Origin: a virus
Lineage: Duplodnaviria > Caudoviricetes
Strand: one strand, 5' to 3'
Virus record (IMG/VR): IMGVR_UViG_3300010412_000017
Span: 1 to 56,181 of that record
DNA length: 56,181 bases
Positions 32,940 to 41,412 of this stretch are shown here, piece by piece. Both the position numbers and the translations under genes were made by a program. Position 1 is the stretch's first letter, and each line of letters opens with the position of its first letter. Under the pieces are notes generated by a model. That model had not been told where the DNA came from. It saw nothing but the letters and a program-made list of their open reading frames with translations, and did no database searches.

Positions 32940-33235
32940 CTCTTGTCTCCTTGTTGCTGTTGGCGCTGCTCGATGACCTCGGCCTTGTCGCTCATGGCCT
33001 CCAGCTGGTCGGCGAGCACGCGGGTGAATTCGAGCAGCCACGCGTGGGTCTCGGGGGCGAAGTCGTCGCCCATCGCTTGCATTGCCCCCAGCGTGAGGCC
33101 TGGTCCTATGTCGTGGGCGAGTAGCTCGTGCAGGTCGTCGAGCATCGTGACCGCGTTCATGAAGTCCTCGGAGGTCAGGGGCGTGTGCCGCCTGACCTCG
33201 CACCATGTCTCGTAGTCGACCTCCGGGTCGCTCAT
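32936..33235 (-). CDS. Hypothetical protein
   Basis: MSDPEVDY...; ATGA-coupled. Confidence 0.55.
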   Translation of the reverse strand: MSDPEVDYETWCEVRRHTPLTSEDFMNAVTMLDDLHELLAHDIGPGLTLGAMQAMGDDFAPETHAWLLEFTRVLADQLEAMSDKAEVIEQRQQQQGDKR

Positions 33236-33963
33236 CGAATGGCGACCTCGTTCTCCTGGTAGATCTCGATGCCTGGGATCTGGCGCTCGCCGCGGCGCAC
33301 CGCCTCGTTGACCAGGACGCTGTCGACCGTCAGGAACTCCCGCGGCACCTGGCTGGCGTCGGTGATCTTCCACTTCCAGACCTTGCGCACGCTCGCGCTC
33401 GCGGTGCCGCCCCTGGCCGGCCCCTTGTTGGCCGCCTTGGTCTCGGCCTCGGCGGTCTTGATGCCTTGCTCGATGATGGCCTCCGCGGCCTCGTCACCGG
33501 CCACCTCGCGGGCTTTCTCCGCCAGGGCGAGGGCTTGTGCCTCCGCCTCCTCGCGGGCCTTACGGGCGGCCTCGTCGGCCTTGCGCTGGGCGATGCCCTG
33601 GGCGGTTCCGACCTTGGCCTTCAGGGCCTTCTCCGCTTTCGCCAGCGGGTCGGTGAATTGATCCCGGAACCACTTGTTGACCGCCTTCACGGCCCGGTCG
33701 GGCTCTGAAACGTAGGCCTTGCGCAGCTCGTCCTGGGCGGTGTTGCACAGCTTCACCAGCTTCACCAGGTCCACCGCCTTGCCGATCAGGTCCTTGGCCT
33801 CCAGCTCCTCGCCGCTCGGCACGCGCTCGACCTGGGCCAGGATCTTATCCCGGCGTTCGCCCAGCTCCAGGCTCTCGGGGTCGGATGAAACCTTGGCGAC
33901 CGCCAGGGTGCTCAGGTTGGCCGGGGTTGCCTCGAAGGGCAGCATGTATTTTTCTTCGCTCAT
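33232..33963 (-). CDS. Coiled-coil recombination-module-associated protein
   Basis: C-terminal VRKVWKWKITD..QVPREFL.VD...IPGIEIY motif; follows the exonuclease gene. Confidence 0.65.
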   Translation of the reverse strand: MSEEKYMLPFEATPANLSTLAVAKVSSDPESLELGERRDKILAQVERVPSGEELEAKDLIGKAVDLVKLVKLCNTAQDELRKAYVSEPDRAVKAVNKWFRDQFTDPLAKAEKALKAKVGTAQGIAQRKADEAARKAREEAEAQALALAEKAREVAGDEAAEAIIEQGIKTAEAETKAANKGPARGGTASASVRKVWKWKITDASQVPREFLTVDSVLVNEAVRRGERQIPGIEIYQENEVAIR

Positions 33964-33990
33964 GGTTGGTTCTCCTGTTCCGTGCGGTTG

Positions 33991-34641
33991 TTAGAAAAGG
34001 TCCGGGACTGCACGGGTGTCCTCGGGTACATCATTAACCAACGGCGCCCGCTTATCCAGCGCGTCGGCAAAGGCCAGCACCCGCTCGGCCAGCATGCTGA
34101 TGTAGGCGTCGTCGCGGGGGATGCGCTGGATGAAGCAGGGCCGCGCCTCGTAGGCGGCGTGGTAGCTCACGAAGTCGCAGAAAAGGGCGCCGGTCACCCA
34201 CAGGCCGCCCTGCACCTGGGGGATGTGCTCGGCGGCCATGCCGTGGCGCACGTTGCTTATGTGGCGCTCCATCTTGATCGGGCTCTTGATCTCGATGGTG
34301 CCCTGGTAGACCCGGCCGTCGAGGCTTACCCCGATCTGCTCGTGCTGGTAGAGGGTGATGAAGCCGACCTGCTCGACCTCGGTGTCGGTCAGCAGCTCGT
34401 AGGCGGCCCGCGCCCTGGGCTCCATGCGGTTGCCCCACTCCAGCGACTTGGCGGTGACCGCGGTGGCCCGCACGTACTCGGCGGCGGCCTCGCGGCCCTG
34501 GGCCAGCACCTCGCGCTGCTCCAGCAGCTCGTCGTAGTAGCGCTGCCGGGTCGGCAGGGTGCCCAGCACGCGGCAGAACTCAGAGCCGGTTATCTTGCCC
34601 AGGCGGTCGATGTACCACTCGATGGTGCCCTGGGCGTTCAT
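33991..34641 (-). CDS. YqaJ/lambda-type exonuclease
   Basis: QGTIEW..RLGKITGS, WG..EP.AR..YE, SLDG, IEIKSP, QVQGGLWVTG..CDFVSY. Confidence 0.9.
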   Translation of the reverse strand: MNAQGTIEWYIDRLGKITGSEFCRVLGTLPTRQRYYDELLEQREVLAQGREAAAEYVRATAVTAKSLEWGNRMEPRARAAYELLTDTEVEQVGFITLYQHEQIGVSLDGRVYQGTIEIKSPIKMERHISNVRHGMAAEHIPQVQGGLWVTGALFCDFVSYHAAYEARPCFIQRIPRDDAYISMLAERVLAFADALDKRAPLVNDVPEDTRAVPDLF

Positions 34642-34961
34642 GGCTGCGCTCCGGTTGAAAGCACCAGGCGCTCGGCGTCGCTGCCGTGCACCTCCCAGAG
34701 GTGGAAGCAGTGCTCGTGCAGGTTCACGTACTCGCGCCGGGGCGGAAGGATCAGCGCCATGTAGGCGTCCTCGGGCACCAGGTCGTAGCGAATGTCGTGC
34801 AGCTCCTTCCAGCTCGGGTTGCGCTTGGGGTGGGCGATGCTCAGGTGCCAGCTGCCGTTCTCGTGGCTCCTGAAGATGGTTATGCCGTTGCCAAGCGCGA
34901 AGGCTTGGGCATGCGGCACCGGGCTCTTGATGAGCCGGTACTTCCGCGGGGTCTGTTTCAC
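34638..34961 (-). CDS. Conserved phage hypothetical protein
   Basis: WHLSI..R.PSW.E...PP..EYVNLH..CFHLW motif. Confidence 0.7.
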   Translation of the reverse strand: MKQTPRKYRLIKSPVPHAQAFALGNGITIFRSHENGSWHLSIAHPKRNPSWKELHDIRYDLVPEDAYMALILPPRREYVNLHEHCFHLWEVHGSDAERLVLSTGAQP

Positions 34962-35926
34962 TGGTTCTCCTTTTCTCGCTGCCGTTCAGTATGGGCCGTG
35001 ATGGCCTTGGTGATCCACTCGTTTGCTTCCGCGACGCGGTGGCTGCCCAGCTCGGCGATCTTGTCGAGGCCCATCACGCCGGCCACGCGGGCCAGCACCT
35101 TGTCGGCGTTCATGCCCTGGTCGGTCAGGCGGGCGTGAAACGCCAGCAGGTCCTCGTCGGTCACCGTGTCGAAGGTCTCCGGCTCGGCGTCGTCGACCGC
35201 GATGCCCAGGCCCTCGTACTTGTTCTGCACCTCCAGGCTGGTGTCCATCTCTGGGCTGCCGCCCCAGTGCTTGGCTGCCCGGCGCACGACCGTCTTGCGG
35301 GCCATCTCCTCATACCACTTGTTCCATGGGTTGTCGCTGCGGTCCTGCTTTGTCTCGCTCGATGAGCGCGCCCGCTCGATCTGCTCCTTGTCGATGTACT
35401 CGACCTTGGTGATGCCGCTTTTCATGTAGGCGATGCAGTAGGCGCCGACCAGCGGCCCGCGGGCTTGGTGGTTGGCGATCACGGTGTGCTTCACCTCGGG
35501 GTGCGTGCCCATGGTCATCTCGAAGGGCTCGTTCGCGTAGACCACCTGGGCGGTCATGTCGAGCAGGCCGCCCCACTTGTCCGCCGCGGTCTTGAGGCCC
35601 CTCCAGCTGGTGTAGAGCGTGCAGAGCACGCCTCGGCCCTTGATGAACCGCGGCACCAGGTAGGCCTGCTGGCTACTCTTGCGCAGCGTCAGGCCCAGCC
35701 GGGCCACGTCCTCGATGCACTCGCGCACGCTGTCCGGGTCGGCGCTCATCAGCTTCGGGCTGCCCTTGACGATCTCCAGGGCGTATTCGCACTCGTCGCG
35801 GAACTTCAGCGCCGGGTCGATGCGCGCTCGGGTGAAACGGCCGGAGGCCTTCTTGTCGGCCATCAGGGCCTCGATGGCGGCCAAGGCCCGGCCCTGGTTC
35901 TCGGGTTCTCGCTGGTTCTGGTTCAT
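34958..35926 (-). CDS. recT: RecT-family single-strand annealing recombinase
   Basis: A.LGL...AYLVP...W.GL...AQVVY.N..F...GAYCIA...PW..W..EMARKTVVRRAAK.W. Confidence 0.88.
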   Translation of the reverse strand: MNQNQREPENQGRALAAIEALMADKKASGRFTRARIDPALKFRDECEYALEIVKGSPKLMSADPDSVRECIEDVARLGLTLRKSSQQAYLVPRFIKGRGVLCTLYTSWRGLKTAADKWGGLLDMTAQVVYANEPFEMTMGTHPEVKHTVIANHQARGPLVGAYCIAYMKSGITKVEYIDKEQIERARSSSETKQDRSDNPWNKWYEEMARKTVVRRAAKHWGGSPEMDTSLEVQNKYEGLGIAVDDAEPETFDTVTDEDLLAFHARLTDQGMNADKVLARVAGVMGLDKIAELGSHRVAEANEWITKAITAHTERQREKENQ

Positions 35927-36312
35927 GCGGTTTTCCTCATGTTGTCGCCGGTGTTGATCACCAGCGCGTGGTCGGTGTGGCGGTAGGTCCAGTTCTCGGT
36001 GTGAAAGGTGCCGGTGATATCCGGCCGGCCTTCGCGCAGGGCCCACCGCACCTGGCCCAGCGTGGGCCTGGCTCCCAGGGCCCTGCCCTTGGTGCCGATG
36101 GTGAAGGAGCCGCCGCGGGTCTTGGTGATCCGCAGCCGCTTTTTCCGGTCGTCGAACTCGACGTCTACCTTGTCGCCTGGCTTCCAGCCGGCCTTCTCCA
36201 TCACGCCGCGTGAAAACCGCACCATCACTTGGTGGGTGTCCCGGTAGGCGATCCGGTAGAAGTGCACGGCCGTCGGCGACCGCTTGTTGTTGGGTATTTT
36301 CTCGTAGCTCAT
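35923..36312 (-). CDS. Basic protein with AbrB/MazE-like segment; possible transcription regulator
   Basis: VRFSRGVMEKAGWKPGDKVDVEFD...LRITK. Confidence 0.45.
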   Translation of the reverse strand: MSYEKIPNNKRSPTAVHFYRIAYRDTHQVMVRFSRGVMEKAGWKPGDKVDVEFDDRKKRLRITKTRGGSFTIGTKGRALGARPTLGQVRWALREGRPDITGTFHTENWTYRHTDHALVINTGDNMRKTA

Positions 36313-36336
36313 GCGTTACTCCCGTTGTTCTCGTTC

Positions 36337-36367
36337 AGTGTACTGCGCTCGGGTACAAAAGGGTACT
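36337..36367 (-). promoter_or_regulatory. Variant of the early promoter/operator element
   Basis: Minus strand gtacccTTTTGTACCCgagcgcagTACACT; same -10 and GTACCC core as the 34-bp repeat. Confidence 0.5.
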
Positions 36368-36611
36368 AAATTCGCCCGATGTTGTGCTCCAGGACGGCGG
36401 CCAGGTCGGCCAGGCAGTCGAGGCGCCAGGCGACCGATGCGGGGCTGGCGTAGTCCTTACGCTGGCTGCGCACCTGCTCCCGCTCCCGGATGGCCGCCTC
36501 GATGGCGCGCACCTCGGTCAGCCAGTCGCGCAGGGCGGTGCCCCTGGGGCCGTGCCAGTTGGCGCCGGCCCACCGCTCGTCGGGGCGTTCGAGATCCAGC
36601 TGCTCAGTCAT
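36366..36611 (-). CDS. Hypothetical protein
   Basis: 81 aa, overlapping the upstream stop, behind GAGAG. Confidence 0.55.
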   Translation of the reverse strand: MTEQLDLERPDERWAGANWHGPRGTALRDWLTEVRAIEAAIREREQVRSQRKDYASPASVAWRLDCLADLAAVLEHNIGRI

Positions 36612-36804
36612 CGCTCTCGACCTCGACGATCACGCCGGAAAGCGTGCCGCCCTGGCTGAACAGGTAGCTCTGCGCTGCCCGGCGCATGTACTGGGCGAAG
36701 TCGAGCACGTCGAGGGCCTCCTCGATGCCGTCGGCCGCCGTGCCCTCGCGGATGCACAGACGCACCGCCAGGCTCGCCAGCGGGTTATGGTTGCTCTGGG
36801 TCAT
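36604..36804 (-). CDS. Hypothetical protein
   Basis: 66 aa behind AGGAGAAC RBS. Confidence 0.55.
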   Translation of the reverse strand: MTQSNHNPLASLAVRLCIREGTAADGIEEALDVLDFAQYMRRAAQSYLFSQGGTLSGVIVEVESDD

Positions 36805-37816
36805 GGTCGTTCTCCTGTCGTTTTTGCTTCAGTTGGTAGGTCTTGTCTACCTGCCCTCGGCCGCGGTTGCCCCGTGCAAACGGGCGCCACCAAAACCGGC
36901 CGGTAGAGCGGTTCTTGAAATGCCCCCGCACGCGGTGAAGCCGCGGGGGCTCGTGCTTTCCGCCCTGGGGCGCAGCGTGGCGCTGCACGTCGTCGAGAAA
37001 GATGTCCAGGGTGTGGTAGGTGTAGGGCGGGATCTTGCCCGCCTTGGCGGCCTTCTTGCGGGCCGACGCGCTCGGTGCCACCTCGATCCGCTTCACGTTG
37101 CGGCAGGTCATCAGGCTCAGGAAGGCCATCACCTCGTAGGTGACGTCGCGCAGCTGGGCGATCAACAGGTCGCGCTTGTCAGCCTGGCTCTGCCCCTCCT
37201 TGTCCCATCGGTCCTCGAAAAGCGCCGCGGTCTCCGGTAGCAGCTTCTCCGCCATGATCGCCAGCACGCGGTCCTTGTCCGCTACCTCCTCCAGCCAGGT
37301 GTCGCCGGCACTCTCCTCCTCCAGGCTGTAGACGGTTTGGTCGGGGTAAAGCACGAACGCCGCCCAGGGGAAAACGCCCCAGGTCCGCTCGTCCTCGAAC
37401 CAAACGGGCACCACCATCATGAAGCCGACCGGGTCGCCCCTGGGGTCGCCGTCCAGGTAGACCGTTTCGACCTGGTCAGCTGGCCCGGTCTGGTACATCT
37501 CCTGGAGGTGCACGAATTCAACCGTGCCGACCACCTGGCCTGGCTGGTTGTGCGGGCGCTCGGCGTCGTCGTGCTGGAACTCCAGCACCATGTCGCCGTA
37601 GGGCATGCGCACGCCTGCGTAGGGCTTCTCGCCCTTGATCAGCTGGTTCATGTTGTAGGGCATGCGAAACCGCGGGCACCGGGCGATCTGCTCGTTGATC
37701 GTTTCGATGCGCTCGGCGTCCAGGGCCTTGACCGCTCGCTGCTTGGTCGCGCCCCAGAGCCCGCGGTGGCTCGCCTTCAGGTAGGCGTTGACCGGGTAGT
37801 CGCCTGGGCCGTTCAT
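36785..37816 (-). CDS. Hypothetical early protein with C-terminal HxxRGH motif
   Basis: 343 aa; RMPYGDMVLEF, PRLHRVRGHFK...WW.PF.RG. Confidence 0.7.
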   Translation of the reverse strand: MNGPGDYPVNAYLKASHRGLWGATKQRAVKALDAERIETINEQIARCPRFRMPYNMNQLIKGEKPYAGVRMPYGDMVLEFQHDDAERPHNQPGQVVGTVEFVHLQEMYQTGPADQVETVYLDGDPRGDPVGFMMVVPVWFEDERTWGVFPWAAFVLYPDQTVYSLEEESAGDTWLEEVADKDRVLAIMAEKLLPETAALFEDRWDKEGQSQADKRDLLIAQLRDVTYEVMAFLSLMTCRNVKRIEVAPSASARKKAAKAGKIPPYTYHTLDIFLDDVQRHAAPQGGKHEPPRLHRVRGHFKNRSTGRFWWRPFARGNRGRGQVDKTYQLKQKRQENDHDPEQP

Positions 37817-37941
37817 GGCCGCTCCACCTGGGTGATGGTCTGCAGCTTGCCGCTCAGGGCGTTGATCGTGCCCAGGGTGCCCTGGGCCATGGCCGTCATC
37901 AGGACGGCCGCCAGTATCAGGATCGGTAGTGCTTGTCTCAT
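37813..37941 (-). CDS. 42-aa membrane peptide
   Basis: MRQALPILILAAVLMTAMAQGTLGTINALSGKLQTITQVERP behind AGGAGAACCGAC. Confidence 0.6.
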   Translation of the reverse strand: MRQALPILILAAVLMTAMAQGTLGTINALSGKLQTITQVERP

Positions 37942-37957
37942 GTCGGTTCTCCTCGTG

Positions 37958-38302
37958 TTAGCGGTGCCGGATGTAGCGGCCCCAGAGCCCGATGCCGCCG
38001 TCGTCACCGACGGTGCGAAGGCTCACCGGGTAAAGCCGCCCGGTTCTGATGTCCCAAACGGTCTGGGCGCTCGCCGGAGCCGTGTAGTGCCGGTCGTCGG
38101 TCTCGATCACCACCTTCATCACCGGCTGGGGGTGCTCGCCCGCCAGGGCCCGGCGCTGCCACTCGTCGAAGGCCACGCGCTCGTGGCTCCGGGCGTCGCC
38201 CACGATCACCGTCACTGGGCGGTGGATCGCGTTCACCAGCGGTGCGCAGAGGGTGTGGTGGTGACCGTTGTAGTCGGTGATGCGTCGTGTTGTCTCGGTC
38301 AT
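37958..38302 (-). CDS. Hypothetical early protein
   Basis: MTETTRR... behind AGGAGAACCGAC. Confidence 0.6.
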   Translation of the reverse strand: MTETTRRITDYNGHHHTLCAPLVNAIHRPVTVIVGDARSHERVAFDEWQRRALAGEHPQPVMKVVIETDDRHYTAPASAQTVWDIRTGRLYPVSLRTVGDDGGIGLWGRYIRHR

Positions 38303-38342
38303 GTCGGTTCTCCTGTTGGGCCGTCCCTGGCCGCCGTCGTTG

Positions 38343-38582
38343 TTAGAGGTACTGGGCGCCTTCGATGTGCTGCTCGGCTGCAAAGGCCTTGCCGGCCTCG
38401 GTGAAAAACACCCAGGTGCAGCCGTCCTCGGTCTGGGTGATCACCAGGCCGTGCTTTTTCAGGTCGGTCAGGTTGCCTCGCTCGCGCTTGCCGCCCTGGA
38501 AAAGGGGCGTTCCGCTCCAGTTGTCGGCGTCCTCGACCAGGTCGGTAAAAAGGGCCAGGGTGCTTTCGGTCAGGTTGGTCAT
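38343..38582 (-). CDS. Small early protein, possible winged-helix fold
   Basis: RGNLTDLKKHGLV...WVFFTEAGKAFA; directly behind a promoter repeat. Confidence 0.65.
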   Translation of the reverse strand: MTNLTESTLALFTDLVEDADNWSGTPLFQGGKRERGNLTDLKKHGLVITQTEDGCTWVFFTEAGKAFAAEQHIEGAQYL

Positions 38583-38622
38583 GGTCTGGTTCTCCGGGTT
38601 GTTGGTTCTCGCTTGGTACAGT

Positions 38623-38656
38623 TCTAGTGTACTGCAACGGGTACAAATAGCAAGCG
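38623..38656 (-). promoter_or_regulatory. Sigma70-like early promoter, 34-bp repeat copy 1
   Basis: Minus strand TTGCTA-16-TACACT with an embedded TGTAC-n8-GTACA palindrome; identical to 39670-39703. Confidence 0.75.
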
Positions 38657-38679
38657 CCGCCGGTCGGCGCCTGCTGGTC

Positions 38680-39030
38680 TCAACCGCGGCGGCGGAGCTG
38701 GATCTTGACGCCTGGGGTGTCGAGCTGGCGCTCGGTCTGGACCTCGATCTCTTGGGCCTCGCGCAGGGCCTGGTCGGTCACCAGGACCGGCTCGCCGCCG
38801 GTGGCCGCGATCAGGGCCTGGGCCAGCAGCCGGCAGGCCTGCTCGTCCTCGCGCAGGATGGTCTCCATGCGGTAGAGGGCGGCCACCAGCGGGCGCTTGT
38901 CAATGTCGGGGGTGATGGTGCGCCCTGGCACGAACGGGGCCCGCCCGTGGCAGTGCATCTCCAGGTGGTCGACCTCGTCCCAGATCGCCTTGAGGGCCCG
39001 CTGGGCCCTCGTGGTCGGGCGGCGCATCAT
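38680..39030 (-). CDS. Hypothetical early protein
   Basis: MMRRPTT...; ATGA-coupled. Confidence 0.55.
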   Translation of the reverse strand: MMRRPTTRAQRALKAIWDEVDHLEMHCHGRAPFVPGRTITPDIDKRPLVAALYRMETILREDEQACRLLAQALIAATGGEPVLVTDQALREAQEIEVQTERQLDTPGVKIQLRRRG

Positions 39031-39380
39031 ACGATCCGCTCCCAGCCCAGGCGCTCCAGGTCCTCGAAGTCGAGGCCGAGGTCGGCGAGGTTCAGCAGGC
39101 CCTGGGCCATCAGCTCGCGCACCGGGCGGCGCTCCTCGGGGTAGTCGTAGCAGATCAGCTCGTCCTCCGGCCCCCAGAGGTGCAGCTGCAGGGCGTTCTG
39201 GCAAAGGACCAGCTGGGCGCCGATGCCGTCGATCTCCAGCTCGGCGATGCGGGCGTCCTCCAGGCGGCCCTCGATGCCCTGGAAGCCGTGCGCCTCGCTG
39301 GCGTCCAGGGGGCGCATCCAGGGCTGGTCGGTGGCGGGGTTGATGCTGTCGACGATCTCGTTGTCGGCTCTGATGGTCAT
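39027..39380 (-). CDS. Acidic hypothetical early protein
   Basis: 117 aa behind AGGAGAACCGAC. Confidence 0.65.
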   Translation of the reverse strand: MTIRADNEIVDSINPATDQPWMRPLDASEAHGFQGIEGRLEDARIAELEIDGIGAQLVLCQNALQLHLWGPEDELICYDYPEERRPVRELMAQGLLNLADLGLDFEDLERLGWERIV

Positions 39381-39408
39381 GTCGGTTCTCCTGGGTCTCG
39401 GTTCGGGG

Positions 39409-39630
39409 TTAGGGCAGGACCTTGATGGCGGTCCAGCCGTTGGCCGCGGCGTGCTTGGCGGCGCTTTTCTTGGCCTCGCTGTAGTAGCCGTAGCCGCTGA
39501 AAAAAATGTCAGTCCTGCAGCCGTGTCCGGGGGCGCTCATCTCAAAGGCCCAGTTGCCTTTGCCGGTCGGGGCCTTTTTCCAGGCTGCCCGGTACTCGCT
39601 GCTGCTGATGCTGATGGTGTTGTTGGTCAT
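39409..39630 (-). CDS. Small early protein
   Basis: MTNNTISISSSEY...P.GKGNWAF...YSEAKK.A...IKVLP; behind a promoter repeat. Confidence 0.65.
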   Translation of the reverse strand: MTNNTISISSSEYRAAWKKAPTGKGNWAFEMSAPGHGCRTDIFFSGYGYYSEAKKSAAKHAAANGWTAIKVLP

Positions 39631-39669
39631 GGCGGCTTTCCTCGTGTTGTGGTTGTTCTTGCCTATGAC

Positions 39670-39703
39670 TCTAGTGTACTGCAACGGGTACAAATAGCAA
39701 GCG
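39670..39703 (-). promoter_or_regulatory. Sigma70-like early promoter, 34-bp repeat copy 2
   Basis: Exact copy of 38623-38656. Confidence 0.75.
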
Positions 39704-39712
39704 GGCGCGGGC

Positions 39713-39747
39713 AAAAAAAACCGGCCTAGCAAGGGGGGCTGGCCGGT
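39713..39747 (-). terminator. Intrinsic terminator
   Basis: accggcc...ggccggt stem followed by a T run on the minus strand; a second hairpin gcgccggc/gccggcgc lies at about 39775-39800. Confidence 0.65.
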
Positions 39748-39807
39748 CAAAAGTTAGAGATGGACATGAAGAAAGCGCCGGCCTTGGGGAAAGCCGGCGC
39801 GGGTAGT

Positions 39808-40866
39808 TTACGCTGCCTCGGCGATCACTTTCCAGTCCTGGGGTGAAAGGGTCAGGATCTTGCCCCCGTCGGTCTCCAGGTCGGTGGCCCGGTCGTAGGT
39901 CGCCATCACCTCGGTGTCGTGGGCGGTGGCGGTGACCGCGTTGAGCATCCCCCAGCGGCTCAGGTCGGCGCCGTTGATGAGGTTGGTCAGGATCCGGCTG
40001 CTCTCGGTCTCGGTGTAGCCCAGCTTGTTGCTGAGCACTTCGACCGCCTTGACGGGGTTGCCGGTGATCCGGTCCTCGGCCGCTGCCTGGATCTTGGCGA
40101 CCACCTTGGTGAAGGTCTCGGGCTTGGCGCAGGCCATGATGATGTCGCGCATCTTGAGCAGCAGGGCCTGGTCGTCGGCCTTCAGGGTGTCGTCCTGGTA
40201 AAGCTCGTAGACGTCCGCCTCGTTGCCCGTGGCCCGGCCGACGTGGGCGCGTCGGTTGCCCATGTCGTTGACCACCATGCCGTTGGTGCAGATCAGGCGT
40301 TCCAGGAAGGGCGCCACCTGGTAGCTGCCCAGGCCGACCTCGCTGTTGCTGATCAGGATGCCGCTGCGCACGACGTCGCCGACCTTCACCTCGCGCTCGA
40401 TCTGGGGAAAGGTGACCTTGAGGTAAAGCCGGCGCTCGGTGACCTCCGCGCTCGCCACCTGGAGGGCCAGGTCGGTCTCCTGCAGCGTGCGGATGGCCAT
40501 CCCGAGGACCACGTCGTTGTCGATGCGGTGGTAGCGGTTGCTCAGGAAGGCTCGGGCGTTGCCGTCGAGGGTGCGCACCATGCGCTTCTCCGGCTCCGCC
40601 TGAAAGAGGTAGTTGATGTTGTCGGCCAGCAGGTCCGGGTGGCTGATCCGCAGCCGGTCGTAGTAAGCGGCCGGGATCTTGAGCCGGGTCCCGATCTGGC
40701 GGTGCGCCAGGTCGTTCAGCCGGAACTCGCCGGCCTCCTCCAGCGTGACGCGGTTGGCGTCCTCGCTGACCTTCATTAGGCTGGTGTCCGCGACCAGGTC
40801 GCGCTTCTGGGCGCTCTGGCGGTCGACTTCCATCGCTAGTTCGGTGAGTGTTTTGCCTTGATACAT
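39808..40866 (-). CDS. DUF932/DUF945-like phage/plasmid protein
   Basis: RAFLSNRY.RIDN, GILISNSEVG.GS, RLICTNGM, SRWGMLNAVT..A motifs. Confidence 0.8.
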   Translation of the reverse strand: MYQGKTLTELAMEVDRQSAQKRDLVADTSLMKVSEDANRVTLEEAGEFRLNDLAHRQIGTRLKIPAAYYDRLRISHPDLLADNINYLFQAEPEKRMVRTLDGNARAFLSNRYHRIDNDVVLGMAIRTLQETDLALQVASAEVTERRLYLKVTFPQIEREVKVGDVVRSGILISNSEVGLGSYQVAPFLERLICTNGMVVNDMGNRRAHVGRATGNEADVYELYQDDTLKADDQALLLKMRDIIMACAKPETFTKVVAKIQAAAEDRITGNPVKAVEVLSNKLGYTETESSRILTNLINGADLSRWGMLNAVTATAHDTEVMATYDRATDLETDGGKILTLSPQDWKVIAEAA

Positions 40867-40888
40867 GGTGGTTCTCCTGTTCTCGCTG

Positions 40889-41095
40889 TTAGCCCTTGGT
40901 GGGCAGGTTGAAAACCGGGCGGGCTCCCGCCGGCAGGTTGGCTTTGCGGGCCTGCTCGAAGAGGGCGTCAGCGACGTCCTCGTTGATGGTCCCGCGGCTC
41001 GTGGTCATGAACCAGGCGGTCTCCGGCGGGAGGCGCAGGTAGACGACCCGGTCGTGCTCGTCGTAAAACTTCAGGGTGACCTTGTACTTGCTCAT
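40889..41095 (-). CDS. Small early protein
   Basis: 68 aa behind GAGGAG; ATGA-coupled. Confidence 0.55.
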   Translation of the reverse strand: MSKYKVTLKFYDEHDRVVYLRLPPETAWFMTTSRGTINEDVADALFEQARKANLPAGARPVFNLPTKG

Positions 41096-41304
41096 GCTGT
41101 CCGCTCCTCCTCGGCGGCCATGAAGCCGGCGCGGTTGTAGCCGGCGCTGTAGGCCTGTTGCAGGGCCTGCTTCAGCGTCCAGACCGCCAGGTCGTGGAAG
41201 TCCAGACCGTCGCTGTTGCGGGTCTCCAGGGTTTCGATGTCGAGGGTCGCCTTGGCGATCAGTTCCAGCATCTCGTCCCGCTCTTTGTTGTCGTATTCAG
41301 CCAT
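41092..41304 (-). CDS. DUF6900-like small protein
   Basis: IETLETRNSDGLDFHDLAVW..KQAL..AY.AG. Confidence 0.75.
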   Translation of the reverse strand: MAEYDNKERDEMLELIAKATLDIETLETRNSDGLDFHDLAVWTLKQALQQAYSAGYNRAGFMAAEEERTA

Positions 41305-41328
41305 CTCGGTTCTCCTTTGTACGGTTCT

Positions 41329-41357
41329 ACTATGGCATTGTTTGTACCCCTTTGCAA
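41329..41357 (-). promoter_or_regulatory. Sigma70-like promoter at the head of the early region
   Basis: Minus strand TTGCAA-17-CATAGT with an AT-rich upstream tract; the spacer contains GGGTACAAA. Confidence 0.6.
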
Positions 41358-41386
41358 CCCCCTTTTTCACTTTTTTATCGGGCTAT

Positions 41387-41412
41387 AAAAAACCCCGGCG
41401 CTGGGGCCGGGG
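41387..41412 (-). terminator. Intrinsic terminator ending the late/lysis transcript
   Basis: ccccggc-6nt-gccgggg followed by T6 on the minus strand. Confidence 0.75.

Noticed and set aside
38623-39703. CRISPR repeats or att sites
   Set aside because: Only two copies about 1 kb apart, each with promoter geometry in front of a gene; no cas genes or integrase
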